Positions 39,882-51,321 of a DNA stretch of 64,000 bases are shown one piece after another (position 1 is the first letter of the stretch; each line of letters opens with the position of its first letter). This DNA comes from Spirochaetia bacterium (lineage in GTDB: Bacteria; Spirochaetota; Spirochaetia; CADAEX01): NCBI GenBank assembly GCA_045606105.1, contig JAZURI010000007.1, forward strand, positions 32,001 through 96,000. Reading direction: 5' to 3'. Below the pieces are notes generated by a model that saw only the letters and a list, made by a program, of their open reading frames with translations, was not told where the DNA came from and did not search any database. The translations under genes and the position numbers were made by a program.

Positions 39882-40706
39882 ATGGGCATTAAGAAATATA
39901 AACCTATTACACCGGGTTTGCGTTTTAAAGCAACACTTGATTTTTCAGAACTTACAACAGACAAGCCTGAGAAATCACTTACATCCGGCTTTGCTGGCAA
40001 GGCCGGTAGAGGTGCTTCCGGCAGAATCAGCGTAAGACGCAGAGGCGGCGGACACAAAAGAAGATACAGAGTTATCGATTTCAGACGCGACAAGTACGGC
40101 GTTCCTGGAAAGGTAGCTACAATTGAATATGATCCAAACAGAAGCGCTAACATCGCTCTTATCAACTATGCTGACGGAGAAAAGAGATATATTCTTGCTC
40201 CTAAAGGACTTGCATGCGGAGATACAGTACAGAGCGGAAGCACAGCTCCTATCAAGGTAGGAAACGCACTTCCACTTGAAAACATCCCACTCGGTGTTGC
40301 AATCCACAACGTAGAGCTTGTTTACGGAAAGGGCGGACAGCTTGTAAGATCAGCCGGAATGAGTGCTCTGGTTGTAGCCAAAGAGGGTGACTATGTAACA
40401 CTCAGACTTCCTTCTTCGGAAATGAGAATGGTATTCAAGAAATGTATTGCCACAATCGGAGAAGTAGGAAACGAAGAGCACATGAACATCTCTCTCGGTA
40501 AGGCCGGAAGAAGCAGATGGCTGGGTAGAAGACCAAAGGTAAGAGGTGTTGTAATGAACCCTGTTGACCATCCACACGGAGGTGGTGAAGGTAAGACAGC
40601 ATCCGGTCGTAATCCTGTTACACCATGGGGTCTTCCTACTAAGGGTTACAAGACCAGAAAGAAGAGAAAGCTTTCCGGTAAATTTATAGTAAACAGACGT
40701 AAGTAG
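39882..40706 (+). CDS. rplB: 50S ribosomal protein L2
   Basis: [21 protein letters not shown]. Confidence 0.99.
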   Translation: MGIKKYKPITPGLRFKATLDFSELTTDKPEKSLTSGFAGKAGRGASGRISVRRRGGGHKRRYRVIDFRRDKYGVPGKVATIEYDPNRSANIALINYADGEKRYILAPKGLACGDTVQSGSTAPIKVGNALPLENIPLGVAIHNVELVYGKGGQLVRSAGMSALVVAKEGDYVTLRLPSSEMRMVFKKCIATIGEVGNEEHMNISLGKAGRSRWLGRRPKVRGVVMNPVDHPHGGGEGKTASGRNPVTPWGLPTKGYKTRKKRKLSGKFIVNRRK

Positions 40707-40715
40707 GAGTAAGTT

Positions 40716-40988
40716 GTGTCTAGATCAATAAAAAAAGGACCATTCATTGAGAAGAAACTCTATAAGTTGGTTGAAAATGGAAAATCATCTGACAAGAAGA
40801 TGATCAAGACATATTCCAGATGTTCAACTATCATTCCTGAAATGGTTGGTTTTACAGTATCGGTTTACAATGGAAAAACATGGGTTCCTGTTTATGTAAC
40901 AGAAAACCTTGTTGGTCATAAACTTGGAGAATTCTCCCCTACAAGAATCTACCGGGGACATTCTTCCGATAGTAAAGCAAAGAAATAA
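40716..40988 (+). CDS. rpsS: 30S ribosomal protein S19
   Basis: [19 protein letters not shown]; GTG start. Confidence 0.98.
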   Translation: MSRSIKKGPFIEKKLYKLVENGKSSDKKMIKTYSRCSTIIPEMVGFTVSVYNGKTWVPVYVTENLVGHKLGEFSPTRIYRGHSSDSKAKK

Positions 40989-41010
40989 GCGGCTGTGGAG
41001 ATAGATTGAT

Positions 41011-41373
41011 ATGGAAGAGAAAAAAGGATACAGAGCTGTCGGTAAATACCTCATGGCTTCACCAAAAAAGGTTCGCCCGATAGCAGATCTGATCAGAAGA
41101 AAACCTTACACTGAGGCTCTCGCAAAGCTTGAAGTTATCCCTAACAAGGGTGCAAGAATGCTTAAGAAGGTTCTTATGTCTGCAGCAGCAAATGCACTGA
41201 ATCAGAATAAGAAACTTGATGAAGAGATGCTTTACGTAAAAGAGCTCCAGGTAAATGAAGGACCTAGACTTAAGAGAGTCTGGGCAAGAGCAAAAGGTAA
41301 AAGAGATATTCTTTTGAGAAGAATGAGTCATATTATCGTTGTTGTTGATGAAGTAGCTAAGGTGGGGGAATAA
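41011..41373 (+). CDS. rplV: 50S ribosomal protein L22
   Basis: SPKKVR..ADLIR, SAAANA, RAKG. Confidence 0.97.
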   Translation: MEEKKGYRAVGKYLMASPKKVRPIADLIRRKPYTEALAKLEVIPNKGARMLKKVLMSAAANALNQNKKLDEEMLYVKELQVNEGPRLKRVWARAKGKRDILLRRMSHIIVVVDEVAKVGE

Positions 41374-41374
41374 G

Positions 41375-42082
41375 TTGGGACAGAAAGTTAATCCAGTTGG
41401 CTTGAGACTCGGAGTAAATAAAACCTGGAAGTCTAAATGGTATGTTGATCCTCGTGAATATGCTCAGACACTTCATGAAGATCTTATTATAAGAAAAGAG
41501 CTTGAAAAATGTCCTGAAACAAAGGGAGCTGAAATTTCAGAGGTTGAAATTATCAGACAGCCACAGAGAATTACAGTAGTGATTGAAACATCAAAGCCTG
41601 GAGTTCTCATTGGTGCAAAAGGAGCTACAATCGAGAAAATCGGTGAAAGGCTTCAGAAAGTTGCAGGAAAGAAAATCCAGCTCAAGATTAAAGAGCTTAA
41701 AAAGCCTGAAGTAAATGCACAGCTTATTGCTTTCAATGTAGCAAGACAGCTTAAGTCAAAAAGTTCTTTCAGAAAAGTTCTGAAACAGTGCGTAAGCGGA
41801 GCTATGAGAGGCGGCGCTCAGGGAATCAAGATCAGAATTGCGGGAAGACTTGCCGGAGCAGAAATGGCAAGAGTTCAGCAGCATAAGGAAGGTCGTATTC
41901 CACTGCATACATTCCGTGCCGATATCGATTACGGTTTTGCTGAAGCAAATACAACTTTCGGTCTTATTGGTGTAAAAGTCTGGGTTTTCAACGGCGAAAT
42001 ACTCAAGAGAGATATGAAAGAAGATGCAGGTCAGGTTCTTGTTAAGAAAAAAGCAAGAAAAGCTGTAGGTCAAGGAGAGTAA
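41375..42082 (+). CDS. rpsC: 30S ribosomal protein S3
   Basis: GQKVNPVGLR, GRIPLHTFRADIDY; TTG start. Confidence 0.98.
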   Translation: MGQKVNPVGLRLGVNKTWKSKWYVDPREYAQTLHEDLIIRKELEKCPETKGAEISEVEIIRQPQRITVVIETSKPGVLIGAKGATIEKIGERLQKVAGKKIQLKIKELKKPEVNAQLIAFNVARQLKSKSSFRKVLKQCVSGAMRGGAQGIKIRIAGRLAGAEMARVQQHKEGRIPLHTFRADIDYGFAEANTTFGLIGVKVWVFNGEILKRDMKEDAGQVLVKKKARKAVGQGE

Positions 42083-42085
42083 GTC

Positions 42086-42511
42086 ATGCTTAGTCCAAAA
42101 CGTACTAAATATAGAAAAAGAAACCGCAGCAGCGGAAGCTTGACTGGAAATGCACACAGAGGAAATACAATTTCATTCGGCGACTTCGGTCTGGTTGCAC
42201 TTGAACCAAAGTGGATCACAAACAGACAGATTGAGGCAGCCCGTGTTGCAATGACCAGAACTATCAAGAGAGGTGGTAAGGTCTGGATCAGAATTTTCCC
42301 TGACATGCCTTACACAAAGAAACCTGCCGAAACCAGAATGGGTAAAGGTAAGGGATCCCCTGAACATTGGGTAGCAGTTGTAAAGCCTGGAATGGTAATG
42401 TTTGAAATGGGCGGCGGCGTTTCTCCGGAACTTGCAAGACAGGCTATGGAGCTCGCAGGAGATAAATTGCCGATAAAAACAAAATTTGTAGAAAGAAGGG
42501 ACATGGAGTAA
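42086..42511 (+). CDS. rplP: 50S ribosomal protein L16
   Basis: QIEAAR, RMGKGKG. Confidence 0.98.
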   Translation: MLSPKRTKYRKRNRSSGSLTGNAHRGNTISFGDFGLVALEPKWITNRQIEAARVAMTRTIKRGGKVWIRIFPDMPYTKKPAETRMGKGKGSPEHWVAVVKPGMVMFEMGGGVSPELARQAMELAGDKLPIKTKFVERRDME

Positions 42512-42514
42512 ACT

Positions 42515-42709
42515 ATGAAAAACAGCTATAAAGAACTTACACATGAAGAACTTCTTGCTAAATATGAAGAACTGAAAAAGAAATATATGGATTTGAGATT
42601 CAAGACAGTTCTTGGTCATCTAGAGAATCCTGTTGAAAAAAGGACTATCAGAAGACAGATTGCCAGGATTAAGACACTTATCCATGAAAAAAATCTTGGA
42701 ATAAGGTAG
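42515..42709 (+). CDS. rpmC: 50S ribosomal protein L29
   Basis: LRF...G.LENP...[11 protein letters not shown]; operon position. Confidence 0.95.
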   Translation: MKNSYKELTHEELLAKYEELKKKYMDLRFKTVLGHLENPVEKRTIRRQIARIKTLIHEKNLGIR

Positions 42710-42719
42710 GAGAACTGAC

Positions 42720-42980
42720 ATGGAAAATAAAATTATCGGCAAGAAAATTTATACAGGTCTTGTTGTCAGCGATAAAATGGAAAAGACAATCGTTGTTGCT
42801 ATTGTTACTAAGACACTTCACAGATTGTACAAGAAATATGTCGTTAGAACCAAGAAAGTTAAAGCTCATGATGAACTGAACGAAGCACATATCGGAGATA
42901 CTGTAAGAGTTATTCAGTCAAGACCGATCAGTAAGGAAAAGTGCTGGAAGCTTCTCGAAATTGTAGAGCGGGCTAAATAA
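42720..42980 (+). CDS. rpsQ: 30S ribosomal protein S17
   Basis: VVSDKMEKT, AHDE, RPISK. Confidence 0.97.
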   Translation: MENKIIGKKIYTGLVVSDKMEKTIVVAIVTKTLHRLYKKYVVRTKKVKAHDELNEAHIGDTVRVIQSRPISKEKCWKLLEIVERAK

Positions 42981-43012
42981 TCAAGGTTGATGTTAAGGAG
43001 TGTATTTAAGAT

Positions 43013-43381
43013 ATGATACAGATGCAGACATATCTGAATGTAGCAGATAATAGCGGAGCTAAAATCGTACAGTGTATCAAGGTTCTTGGCGGAAGCCACA
43101 AGAATACAGCCGGAATCGGAGAGATCATTGTAGTAGCTGTAAAAGATGCTATTCCTAATTCACCTATCAAGAAGGGTGATGTGCATAAGGCAGTTATTGT
43201 CAGAACAACCAGTAAGATCAGAAGAAATGACGGAACTTACATCAGATTTGATGACAATGCCTGTGTAATTCTGGATGCAAGTCTTGCACCTAAGGGTAAG
43301 AGAATTTTTGGACCAGTTGCGAGAGAACTCAGAGATGTAGATCAGATGAAGATTATTTCTCTTGCTCCGGAAGTACTTTAG
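43013..43381 (+). CDS. rplN: 50S ribosomal protein L14
   Basis: [26 protein letters not shown]. Confidence 0.98.
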   Translation: MIQMQTYLNVADNSGAKIVQCIKVLGGSHKNTAGIGEIIVVAVKDAIPNSPIKKGDVHKAVIVRTTSKIRRNDGTYIRFDDNACVILDASLAPKGKRIFGPVARELRDVDQMKIISLAPEVL

Positions 43382-43390
43382 GAGATTTGT

Positions 43391-43708
43391 ATGGAAACAG
43401 CTAAATATAAATTGAAGAAGGAAGATCAGGTTAAGGTTATTGCCGGAAAGGAAAAAGGAAAATCCGGTAAGATTCTTAAGATTGACCGCGAAAAAGGAAA
43501 GGTTGTAGTAGCCGGTCTTAACATGGTTAAGAAAGCTCAGAAGCCAAGAAAGCAGGGCGACAAGGGCGGTATCATCGACATCGAGGCTCCAATCGCAATT
43601 TCCAATGTAATGATTGTTTGTAAAAAATGCGGACCTACCAGAATCGGACTTGAAGGTGAAGGTAAACAGAAAGTGCGCAAGTGCAAAAAATGTGGGGAAG
43701 TACTGTAA
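43391..43708 (+). CDS. rplX: 50S ribosomal protein L24
   Basis: [20 protein letters not shown]. Confidence 0.97.
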   Translation: METAKYKLKKEDQVKVIAGKEKGKSGKILKIDREKGKVVVAGLNMVKKAQKPRKQGDKGGIIDIEAPIAISNVMIVCKKCGPTRIGLEGEGKQKVRKCKKCGEVL

Positions 43709-44256
43709 TGAGCAATAAAGAACCTAATCTTAAGATTAAATATAAAAAGGTTGCTGAAGAGCTTTTTAAGGAGTTCGGCTACAAGACAGTAATGCAGATT
43801 CCAAGAATCGAAAAAGTAGTTGTAAGCATCGGATGCGGAGACGCTATCGAAAACAAGAAGCTTCTCGATGCTGCAGTACAGGAGCTTGGACTGATTACCG
43901 GCCAGAAGCCTATCAAGACAAAAGCAAAGAAATCTATTGCAAACTTCAAGTTGAGAGAAGGCTACGAAATCGGAGCTAAGGTTACTCTCAGAAGTCAGTA
44001 TATGTGGGAGTTCCTTGACAGACTTCTTAACGTTGCTCTGCCACGTGTAAAAGACTTCAGAGGTGTTAATCCTAACGCATTTGACGGCCGCGGTAACTAC
44101 TCACTGGGAATCAAAGAGCAGATTATTTTCCCTGAAATCGACTTCGACAAGATCGAAAGAGTCAGCGGACTTAATATTGCTATTGTTACTACAAGCAATA
44201 CAGACCAGGAAGCTAAGAGCTTGCTGACCAAGCTTGGAATGCCTTTTAGGAAGTAG
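43708..44256 (+). CDS. rplE: 50S ribosomal protein L5
   Basis: ITGQKP, FKLREG, FDGRGNY; ATG overlaps the rplX stop (TAATG). Confidence 0.97.
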   Translation: MSNKEPNLKIKYKKVAEELFKEFGYKTVMQIPRIEKVVVSIGCGDAIENKKLLDAAVQELGLITGQKPIKTKAKKSIANFKLREGYEIGAKVTLRSQYMWEFLDRLLNVALPRVKDFRGVNPNAFDGRGNYSLGIKEQIIFPEIDFDKIERVSGLNIAIVTTSNTDQEAKSLLTKLGMPFRK

Positions 44257-44265
44257 GGGTTATAG

Positions 44266-44451
44266 ATGGCTAAAAAATCAATGATCGTTAAGGCTCAGAG
44301 ACAGCCGAAATTTATGACTAGGAAAGTAAACAGATGCCTCATTTGCGGTAGACCGAGAGGCTATATGAGAGATTTCCAGATGTGTAGAATTTGCTTCAGA
44401 AAACTTGCAAGCAAAGGTTTAATACCTGGTGTAACAAAATCGAGTTGGTAA
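44266..44451 (+). CDS. rpsN: 30S ribosomal protein S14, Zn-binding type
   Basis: RCLICGR...CRICFR, 61 aa. Confidence 0.97.
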   Translation: MAKKSMIVKAQRQPKFMTRKVNRCLICGRPRGYMRDFQMCRICFRKLASKGLIPGVTKSSW

Positions 44452-44463
44452 GGGAGAAAGTAG

Positions 44464-44862
44464 ATGGCAGTATCGGATCCTGTTGCAGATATGCTTACAA
44501 AAATAAGAAATGCCAGTCGTGCAGGTTTTGAAAAAGTAGATGTTGTTCCTTCAAAACTTAAACTTGAAATAGTTAAGGTTCTCAAGAACGAGGGATATAT
44601 CAAGAATTTCAAGAAAGTACAGCAAGACGGTAAGAATTTTATAAGACTCTTTCTTAAATATGATGAAATGGAAAATCCAATCATTCATGATATTGAAAAG
44701 ATCTCAAAGCCCGGAAGAAGAATTTATTCCGGCTATAAGAAAATGCCTAGAATCAAGAACGGCTACGGAACAGTTGTGGTTTCTACTTCCGCAGGTGTAA
44801 CAACCGGAAAGAAGGCTACAGAAAAAATGGTCGGCGGAGAGCTGATCTGTTCAATTTGGTAG
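44464..44862 (+). CDS. rpsH: 30S ribosomal protein S8
   Basis: [26 protein letters not shown]. Confidence 0.98.
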   Translation: MAVSDPVADMLTKIRNASRAGFEKVDVVPSKLKLEIVKVLKNEGYIKNFKKVQQDGKNFIRLFLKYDEMENPIIHDIEKISKPGRRIYSGYKKMPRIKNGYGTVVVSTSAGVTTGKKATEKMVGGELICSIW

Positions 44863-44872
44863 GAGTTGGGAT

Positions 44873-45412
44873 ATGTCACGTATTGGAAAATTACCGATTC
44901 AGTTGCCAGCCGGCGTTAAGGTTACAACAGCAGACAACATTGTAACTGTAGAAGGCCCAAAGGGTAAGCTGAGTCAGAGTTATGCACCTCAGATCACTAT
45001 TACTGTAAATGACAACATGGTTGTTGTTGAAAGAGCTGATGAACTGAAGGAAACAAGATCATATCATGGACTTTACCGCAGCCTCGTAAAGAATATGGTT
45101 ATCGGAGTATCAGAAGGTTACAAGAAGACCCTGGTTATCACCGGTGTTGGTTACAAGGCTGAAGTTCAGGGAAAGATTCTCCTGCTCAACCTCGGCTATT
45201 CCACACAGATCATGTACTCAATTGCAGACGGTCTTACAATCGCATGCGATGGTCCTAACAAGATTATCGTATCTGGAATTGACAAGCAGCTTGTAGGACA
45301 GACATGTGCCGAAATCAAGTCTCTCAGACCTGTTGAACCTTACAAAGGAAAGGGAATCAAGTTTGAAAATGAGTTCGTAAGACGCAAGGTCGGAAAATCA
45401 GGTACAAAATAG
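44873..45412 (+). CDS. rplF: 50S ribosomal protein L6
   Basis: SRIGK, GPKG, EPYKGKG. Confidence 0.98.
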   Translation: MSRIGKLPIQLPAGVKVTTADNIVTVEGPKGKLSQSYAPQITITVNDNMVVVERADELKETRSYHGLYRSLVKNMVIGVSEGYKKTLVITGVGYKAEVQGKILLLNLGYSTQIMYSIADGLTIACDGPNKIIVSGIDKQLVGQTCAEIKSLRPVEPYKGKGIKFENEFVRRKVGKSGTK

Positions 45413-45423
45413 GATAGGATGAT

Positions 45424-45783
45424 ATGAAGAAGTTAATTGAGGGAAATAAAAGACGCATTCGCCGCAAGAAAAGCATCCGTGCCAAGATCAGCGGTACTTC
45501 GGAAAGACCAAGACTTTCCATCTTCAAAAGCAATTGCCATATCTATATCCAGGCTATTGATGATGTAGAAGGAAGAACATTGGTTTCTGTTTCCAACCTG
45601 GAAAAGGATCTTCTCGAGGTTAAATCCACCGTTGAAGGTGCAAAGAAACTCGGACAGATTGCCGGTGAAAGATTGAAAGAGAAAAATATTGGAACAGTAG
45701 TTTTCGACAGAGGTGGATATATCTACCACGGAAAGGTGAAGGCTATTGCAGACGGTGCCAGGGAAGCCGGAATCATTTTCTAG
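45424..45783 (+). CDS. rplR: 50S ribosomal protein L18
   Basis: RPRLSIFKS, FDRGGYIYHGKVKA. Confidence 0.97.
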   Translation: MKKLIEGNKRRIRRKKSIRAKISGTSERPRLSIFKSNCHIYIQAIDDVEGRTLVSVSNLEKDLLEVKSTVEGAKKLGQIAGERLKEKNIGTVVFDRGGYIYHGKVKAIADGAREAGIIF

Positions 45784-45792
45784 GGGGACGAT

Positions 45793-46281
45793 GTGGATCA
45801 GGAAAAAGAATTTGTAGAAAAACTGATAAAGCTGAACAGAGTTGCCAAGGTAGTAAAGGGTGGTAGAAGATTCTCATTCTCAGCCCTGGTTGTTGTCGGA
45901 GACAAGAACGGATCTGCCGGATATGGTTTCGGAAAGGCAAACGACGTTTCAGATGCTATTAGAAAAGCTGTTGATAAGGCCAAGAAAAACCTTATCAAGG
46001 TTCCTTTGAAGAATAACACAATTCCACACTCAGAAATGTGTGAATTCAAGAGTGCCAAGGTTATTATCAAACCGGCTGCTCCCGGTACAGGTGTAATTGC
46101 CGGAGGTCCGGTAAGAGCTGTAATGGAAGCTGTTGGTGTACATGACATTCTCAGCAAGTCACTCGGTTCAAAGAACAGCATTAATATTGTAAAGGCAGTA
46201 TTCAGCGGACTTGAAAATCTCATGGATGCTAAGAAGATTGCCAATGACAGAGGCAAGACTCTGAAAGATATGTGGAGTTGA
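45793..46281 (+). CDS. rpsE: 30S ribosomal protein S5
   Basis: [22 protein letters not shown]; GTG start. Confidence 0.98.
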   Translation: MDQEKEFVEKLIKLNRVAKVVKGGRRFSFSALVVVGDKNGSAGYGFGKANDVSDAIRKAVDKAKKNLIKVPLKNNTIPHSEMCEFKSAKVIIKPAAPGTGVIAGGPVRAVMEAVGVHDILSKSLGSKNSINIVKAVFSGLENLMDAKKIANDRGKTLKDMWS

Positions 46282-46283
46282 CA

Positions 46284-46466
46284 ATGGCTGGTAAAATCAG
46301 AATTGAATTAATCAAAAGTACAATCGGCAAAAAGCCTAACCAGGTTAAGACAGTTAAGGCTCTCGGACTCAATAAGATCAACTCTTATGTAGTTCTCGAT
46401 ACCAACCCTGCAATCCTCGGTATGGTAAGAACTATCAGTCATCTTGTTAAGGTTGAGGAGATTTAA
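46284..46466 (+). CDS. rpmD: 50S ribosomal protein L30
   Basis: IKSTIG...T..ALGL.KI...GM...HLV; ATG 46284. Confidence 0.95.
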   Translation: MAGKIRIELIKSTIGKKPNQVKTVKALGLNKINSYVVLDTNPAILGMVRTISHLVKVEEI

Positions 46467-46469
46467 GCT

Positions 46470-46928
46470 ATGTCTGATATTATGATCAAGGTTCCTTACG
46501 GAGCAAACAAAAACAGAAAGAAAGTCGGACGCGGCCCGGGCAGCGGTCTCGGCAAGACATCAGGCAAAGGACATAAGGGTCAGAATGCAAGATCCGGCGG
46601 CGGTGTACGTCCTGGATTTGAGGGTGGACAGCTCCCACTGTACAGAAGAATCTCCAGAAGAGGTTTCTCTAACTACCCATTCAAGAAAACCTTTACAGTC
46701 GTTAACGTTGCAGATCTTGATGTTAAATTCAACGACGGAGAGACAGTTACATGGGAAGGACTTGTTGAAAGAAGACTTATCAAGGCTTCAGATGTTCTCG
46801 TAAAGATTCTCGGTGACGGAGACGTTACAAAGAAGCTTACAATTGAAAATCTCGACATGTCTGCATCCGCAAAAGAAAAAATTGAAAACGCAGGTGGAAA
46901 AGTAATTCTGGAAGAATTAGGTAGGTAA
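46470..46928 (+). CDS. rplO: 50S ribosomal protein L15
   Basis: GRGPGSGLGKT, GFEGGQ. Confidence 0.98.
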   Translation: MSDIMIKVPYGANKNRKKVGRGPGSGLGKTSGKGHKGQNARSGGGVRPGFEGGQLPLYRRISRRGFSNYPFKKTFTVVNVADLDVKFNDGETVTWEGLVERRLIKASDVLVKILGDGDVTKKLTIENLDMSASAKEKIENAGGKVILEELGR

Positions 46929-46929
46929 T

Positions 46930-48258
46930 ATGGCTGGCAATCCACTTGTAGATGTATTCAGAATTAGAGATTTACGGCAGAGACTCATTTTTACTTTTGC
47001 TGTCCTGATTGTATTCAGAATCGGAGCAACAATTCCAATTCCTGGAATTAATGTAAATGCTCTGCAGTTGTACTATCTGACAGCACAGAGCTCCGCTAGC
47101 GGAGTTATCGGCTTTGCTGATTATATCGATTTTTTTGCTGGTGGTGGTTTTAAAAACTTTTCCGTATTCATGCTTGGAATTATGCCATATATTTCCATGT
47201 CAATTATCATGCAGCTTCTTATTCTTGTTTTCCCGAAACTCAAGAAGATTTCAATGGAAGACGGCGGCAGAAAGAAGATTGCAAGATATACAAGATACGG
47301 AACAGTTATCGTATGTCTTATTCAGTCCTATGCGGCAACAGTTTATGCAAGACAGATTCCTGATGCGGTTACAATGTCAAGACTGGCATATTCGCTTATC
47401 GCGATTGTAACAGTAACAACAGGAAGTATGCTCCTTGTATGGATGGGTGAGCAGATTACCCAGCGCGGTGTAGGAAACGGTATCTCTCTCCTGATTTTTG
47501 CCGGTATCGTGGCAAGAATGCCTGAAGCATTCATCGTCCTTTTCGGCAGGATCAGAACCAAGGATATCAACCCTGTATTCATGATTGTTGTGCTTGCAAT
47601 GTTTGTCGTTGTAATAGCTCTGGTCATCTACGAACAGCAGGGACAACGAAAGATTCCTGTGCATTATGCAAAGAGAGTAGTCGGAAGAAGGATGTACGGC
47701 GGACAGAATACATATATTCCGTTCAAAATTAACCCATCAGGTGTTATTCCGGTTATTTTTGCATCTTCAGTAATGACATTCCCACTCCAGATTCTCGGAG
47801 GCTTAGGTGTAAAGATCAGATGGATGGGCACATTGGCCTATTGGTTCAGACCTTCAGGCTGGCTCTACCTTACAGTGTACACACTGCTTATTATCTTTTT
47901 TGCTTATTTCTATACTCAGGTAACACTGAACCCTACAGAAATTTCAAAACAGATCAGAGAGAACGGAGGTTCTATTCCAGGTATCAGATCTGAGAAAATG
48001 GAAGCTTATCTTCAGAGAATTTTGAACAGGATAGTTCTGGCCGGTTCATTATTCCTTGCTTTTATCGCACTTATCCCTACACTGGTGCAGATAATTTTCA
48101 ACTTTCCGAGTCAGGTTGCGATGCTTATGGGCGGAACATCATTGTTGATTATGGTTGGAGTCGATCTTGACTTTATGTCCCAGATTGAAGGTCATATGAA
48201 AATGCACCATCATGACGGAATCGTAAAGAAGGGCAGGATCAGGTCCAGAAATTTATAA
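46930..48258 (+). CDS. secY: preprotein translocase SecY
   Basis: LGIMPYISMSII, GNGISLLIF, GVIPVIFA, GGTSLLI. Confidence 0.98.
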   Translation: MAGNPLVDVFRIRDLRQRLIFTFAVLIVFRIGATIPIPGINVNALQLYYLTAQSSASGVIGFADYIDFFAGGGFKNFSVFMLGIMPYISMSIIMQLLILVFPKLKKISMEDGGRKKIARYTRYGTVIVCLIQSYAATVYARQIPDAVTMSRLAYSLIAIVTVTTGSMLLVWMGEQITQRGVGNGISLLIFAGIVARMPEAFIVLFGRIRTKDINPVFMIVVLAMFVVVIALVIYEQQGQRKIPVHYAKRVVGRRMYGGQNTYIPFKINPSGVIPVIFASSVMTFPLQILGGLGVKIRWMGTLAYWFRPSGWLYLTVYTLLIIFFAYFYTQVTLNPTEISKQIRENGGSIPGIRSEKMEAYLQRILNRIVLAGSLFLAFIALIPTLVQIIFNFPSQVAMLMGGTSLLIMVGVDLDFMSQIEGHMKMHHHDGIVKKGRIRSRNL

Positions 48259-48302
48259 ACCATTTTAAATGGTAGATTGAAGGATTTTCAAAGAGGAGTG
48301 AT

Positions 48303-48416
48303 ATGAAAGTCAGAGTGAGTGTAAAACCTTTGTGTGAAAAATGCAAAGTAATCAGAAGAAAAGGTGTTCTGAGAATTGTTTGTCAGAATCCAAAACATAA
48401 ACAAAGACAGCGCTAA
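48303..48416 (+). CDS. rpmJ: 50S ribosomal protein L36
   Basis: Manual translation [37 protein letters not shown]; SD GAGGAG; not in the track. Confidence 0.96.
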   Translation: MKVRVSVKPLCEKCKVIRRKGVLRIVCQNPKHKQRQR

Positions 48417-48432
48417 GGGGAGAAATTAAAAG

Positions 48433-48798
48433 ATGGCAAGAATTGCGGGTATTGACCTTCCCAACAAGAGTGCAAAAATTGCACTGACATATATTTATGG
48501 TATCGGCAGAACTTCAGCAGTAGAAATCTGCGAAAAGACTGGTATTGATAAGGACATCAAGATCAACGATCTTACACCTGAACAGGTAAACAACCTCAGA
48601 AAGGTTATTGAAACCGAATACAAGGTTGAGGGTCGTCTCAGATCAGAGATTGCTCTTAATATCAAGCGTTTGATGGATATCGGATGTTACCGCGGTCTCA
48701 GACACAGAAAGGGACTCCCGGTAAGAGGCCAGAGAACAAAGACCAATGCACGTACAAGAAAAGGCAAGAAGAAGACTGTTGCCGGAAAGAAGAAGTAA
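48433..48798 (+). CDS. rpsM: 30S ribosomal protein S13
   Basis: [26 protein letters not shown]. Confidence 0.98.
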   Translation: MARIAGIDLPNKSAKIALTYIYGIGRTSAVEICEKTGIDKDIKINDLTPEQVNNLRKVIETEYKVEGRLRSEIALNIKRLMDIGCYRGLRHRKGLPVRGQRTKTNARTRKGKKKTVAGKKK

Positions 48799-48814
48799 GG
48801 ATTGGAGGAAGTAA

Positions 48815-49195
48815 GTGGCTACTGTAAAAAAGAAAAAAGATAAAATTTCAGTATTCAGCGGAAATGTATACATCAAGGCAAGCTTTAACAACACAATTGT
48901 TACAGTAACTGACCTGATGGGAAATGCAATTTCATGGGCAAGTGCCGGCGGACTCTCTTTCAGAGGAGCTAAGAAATCTACTCCTTACGCTGCTCAGACA
49001 ACAGCTGAAACAGCTGCAAAGAAGGCAATGGACTACGGTCTCAGAGAAGTAAACGTTTTCATCAACGGACCTGGTGTTGGAAGAGAATCAGCTATCAGAT
49101 CTTTGGGTGGACTGGGACTTAAGGTACTTTCAATCAGAGACGTTACACCGATTCCACACAACGGATGTCGGCCTAAGAAAACCAGAAGAGTGTAA
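48815..49195 (+). CDS. rpsK: 30S ribosomal protein S11
   Basis: [25 protein letters not shown]; GTG start. Confidence 0.98.
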   Translation: MATVKKKKDKISVFSGNVYIKASFNNTIVTVTDLMGNAISWASAGGLSFRGAKKSTPYAAQTTAETAAKKAMDYGLREVNVFINGPGVGRESAIRSLGGLGLKVLSIRDVTPIPHNGCRPKKTRRV

Positions 49196-49210
49196 TTGAG
49201 GTAAAATCAG

Positions 49211-49846
49211 ATGGGAAGATATATAGGACCAACCTGCAGATTGTGCAGAACAGAAAAGAGAAAACTTATGCTTAAGGGTGAACGCTGTAACTCAGCAAAA
49301 TGCCCTATAGCTAAGAAAAAAGAGGCTCCTGGAAAAGCAGCAAAGGCAAGAAGCGGAAAGCTTTCCGACTACGGTCTGCAGCTCAGAGAGAAACAGAAGC
49401 TCAGAAAGATTTACGGTATGCTTGAGAAGCAGTTCAAGCTTACATTTGACGAAGCTAACAGAGAAAAAGGTAAGACAGGTGAAAACCTTATTACTCTTCT
49501 CGAAAGCAGACTGGACAACATTGTTTACAGACTCAGATTTGCTTCTTCCAGAAATCAGGCAAGACAGCTTGTAAACCACGGGCATATTCTTGTAAACGGA
49601 AAGAAGACAGATATTCCTTCTTATCTCGTTAAGGCAAATGACGTGATTGAAATCAAGGAATCAAGCAAGAAATCTGAAGTTATTAAGGAAAGTCTCAAGG
49701 AATTCTCAAAATCAGGCGTTATGCCTTGGTTGGAAGTAGATCCTGATAATATGAAAGGTGTAGTAAAGGCACTGCCGCTTAGAAGCGAAGTTGTTGACTT
49801 GGCTGATATTAACGAGCAGTTGATCGTCGAACTTTATTCGAGGTAA
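49211..49846 (+). CDS. rpsD: 30S ribosomal protein S4
   Basis: CRLCR, QLREKQK, LESRLDN, ARQLVNHGH, IVELYSR. Confidence 0.98.
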   Translation: MGRYIGPTCRLCRTEKRKLMLKGERCNSAKCPIAKKKEAPGKAAKARSGKLSDYGLQLREKQKLRKIYGMLEKQFKLTFDEANREKGKTGENLITLLESRLDNIVYRLRFASSRNQARQLVNHGHILVNGKKTDIPSYLVKANDVIEIKESSKKSEVIKESLKEFSKSGVMPWLEVDPDNMKGVVKALPLRSEVVDLADINEQLIVELYSR

Positions 49847-49850
49847 TTAG

Positions 49851-50900
49851 ATGGCAAGAAAAAACCTTTTAAAGGGATTCAAGAAGCCTTCAGGTTTATC
49901 ACTGGAACCGGGTGAGGTAACCCGGGACTACGGAAAATTTATTGCCGCTCCGTTTGAGAGAGGATATGCCGCCACAATCGGTAACTCCATGAGACGCATT
50001 CTCCTCTCCTCAATCCAGGGATATGCTGTTGTTGCTGTTTACATCACTTGTTATAAAGATGGCACACCGCACATCATTTCAAGTGAGTTTGAATCTATCC
50101 CCGGCGTAGTTGAGGATACTCCTGAAATTATCAACAACCTCAAGGAGCTCTGCATAACTCTTACTGATGATTCAGAAGACAGAGTTATCTTTCTCCCTGA
50201 CCTTACAAACAGGGTAATTACAGGAAAGGATCTGGAAATTGACTCAAATATCAGAGTTGAGAACAAGGATCTCAAAATCGCTACACTGATGGAAGATGCT
50301 CATATCGATCTTGAAATCCAGGTGTCCCTCGGAAGAGGTTATATTCCTGCCGAAGTGAATGAAAAGTATATCGAAAAAATAGGAACAATTCCAATCGACG
50401 GAATTTTCTCACCGGTAAAAAGGGTACGCTACTCCTGGGAAAATACAAGAGTCGGCAGCAGAAATGATTATGAGAAGCTTATTCTTGAAGTTTGGACAGA
50501 TGGAACCATTGCACCGATAGATGCTGTAGCGGAAGCTGCTAAGATAGCTAAGGATCATTTTACTATTTTCATTAACTTTGATGAGAAAGAAATCGGATGT
50601 GATGAAGAAGTCGATGAAAATGAAGAAAAAATCAGGCAGTTTTTGGCAACACCTGTAAGTGAACTTGAGCTTTCCGTAAGAGCAAGCAATTGTCTCAACA
50701 AGGCAAAGATTGCTACACTGGGAGAATTGACTGTTAAGACTGAGGAGGATATTCTCAAGACAAGAAACTTCGGAAGAAAATCTCTTGCTGAAATCAAGGG
50801 TAAACTTGCTGAATGGGGTCTTACTCTCGGTATGACAGATTACAGCAATTTAAAAATTAAACCAAAAACACCACAGAAGGAAAACAAAGATGAAGCATAA
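49851..50900 (+). CDS. rpoA: RNA polymerase alpha subunit
   Basis: PFERGY..TIGNSMRRILLSS, FSPV, LSVRASNCL, NFGRKSL. Confidence 0.98.
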   Translation: MARKNLLKGFKKPSGLSLEPGEVTRDYGKFIAAPFERGYAATIGNSMRRILLSSIQGYAVVAVYITCYKDGTPHIISSEFESIPGVVEDTPEIINNLKELCITLTDDSEDRVIFLPDLTNRVITGKDLEIDSNIRVENKDLKIATLMEDAHIDLEIQVSLGRGYIPAEVNEKYIEKIGTIPIDGIFSPVKRVRYSWENTRVGSRNDYEKLILEVWTDGTIAPIDAVAEAAKIAKDHFTIFINFDEKEIGCDEEVDENEEKIRQFLATPVSELELSVRASNCLNKAKIATLGELTVKTEEDILKTRNFGRKSLAEIKGKLAEWGLTLGMTDYSNLKIKPKTPQKENKDEA

Positions 50901-51318
50901 ATCAGGTTTTAATGCACTTAACATGAAAAGTGCCCGCAGAAAAGCGGTAAAGAGAAGCATGGTTACCTCTGTTTTTAAATATGAAAGAATCAAGACAACT
51001 AAGGCAAGAGCTCTTGAAATCAGAAGAATGGCTGAAAAGATGATTACCAGAGCAAAAGCTGATTCTGTTCATAACCGCAGAGTTATTGCTGAAGATATCA
51101 AGGATGAAGCAGTACTTGCAAAGCTGTTTGTAGATATTGCTCCTAGATTCGCAACAAGAAACGGTGGTTACACAAGAATCATCAAACTTGGCAGAAGAAA
51201 CAACGATGCTGCAGAAGTAGTTCTTCTTGAGCTTGTAGACAGAAAAGTAAAAGAGAAGAAAGAAAAAAAAGAAAAGGCTAAGAAGCCTGAAGCAAAAGCT
51301 CCTGCAAAAGAGAACTGA
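50890..51318 (+). CDS. rplQ: 50S ribosomal protein L17
   Basis: IKTTKARA, RNGGYTRIIK. Confidence 0.97.
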   Translation: MKHKSGFNALNMKSARRKAVKRSMVTSVFKYERIKTTKARALEIRRMAEKMITRAKADSVHNRRVIAEDIKDEAVLAKLFVDIAPRFATRNGGYTRIIKLGRRNNDAAEVVLLELVDRKVKEKKEKKEKAKKPEAKAPAKEN

Positions 51319-51321
51319 TAT

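Noticed and set aside
25889-46256. Many long antisense ORFs over ribosomal and RNAP genes (e.g. 25889-26488, 29838-30656, 45798-46256)
   Set aside because: Expected by-product of strong codon bias on the sense strand; no independent signals.
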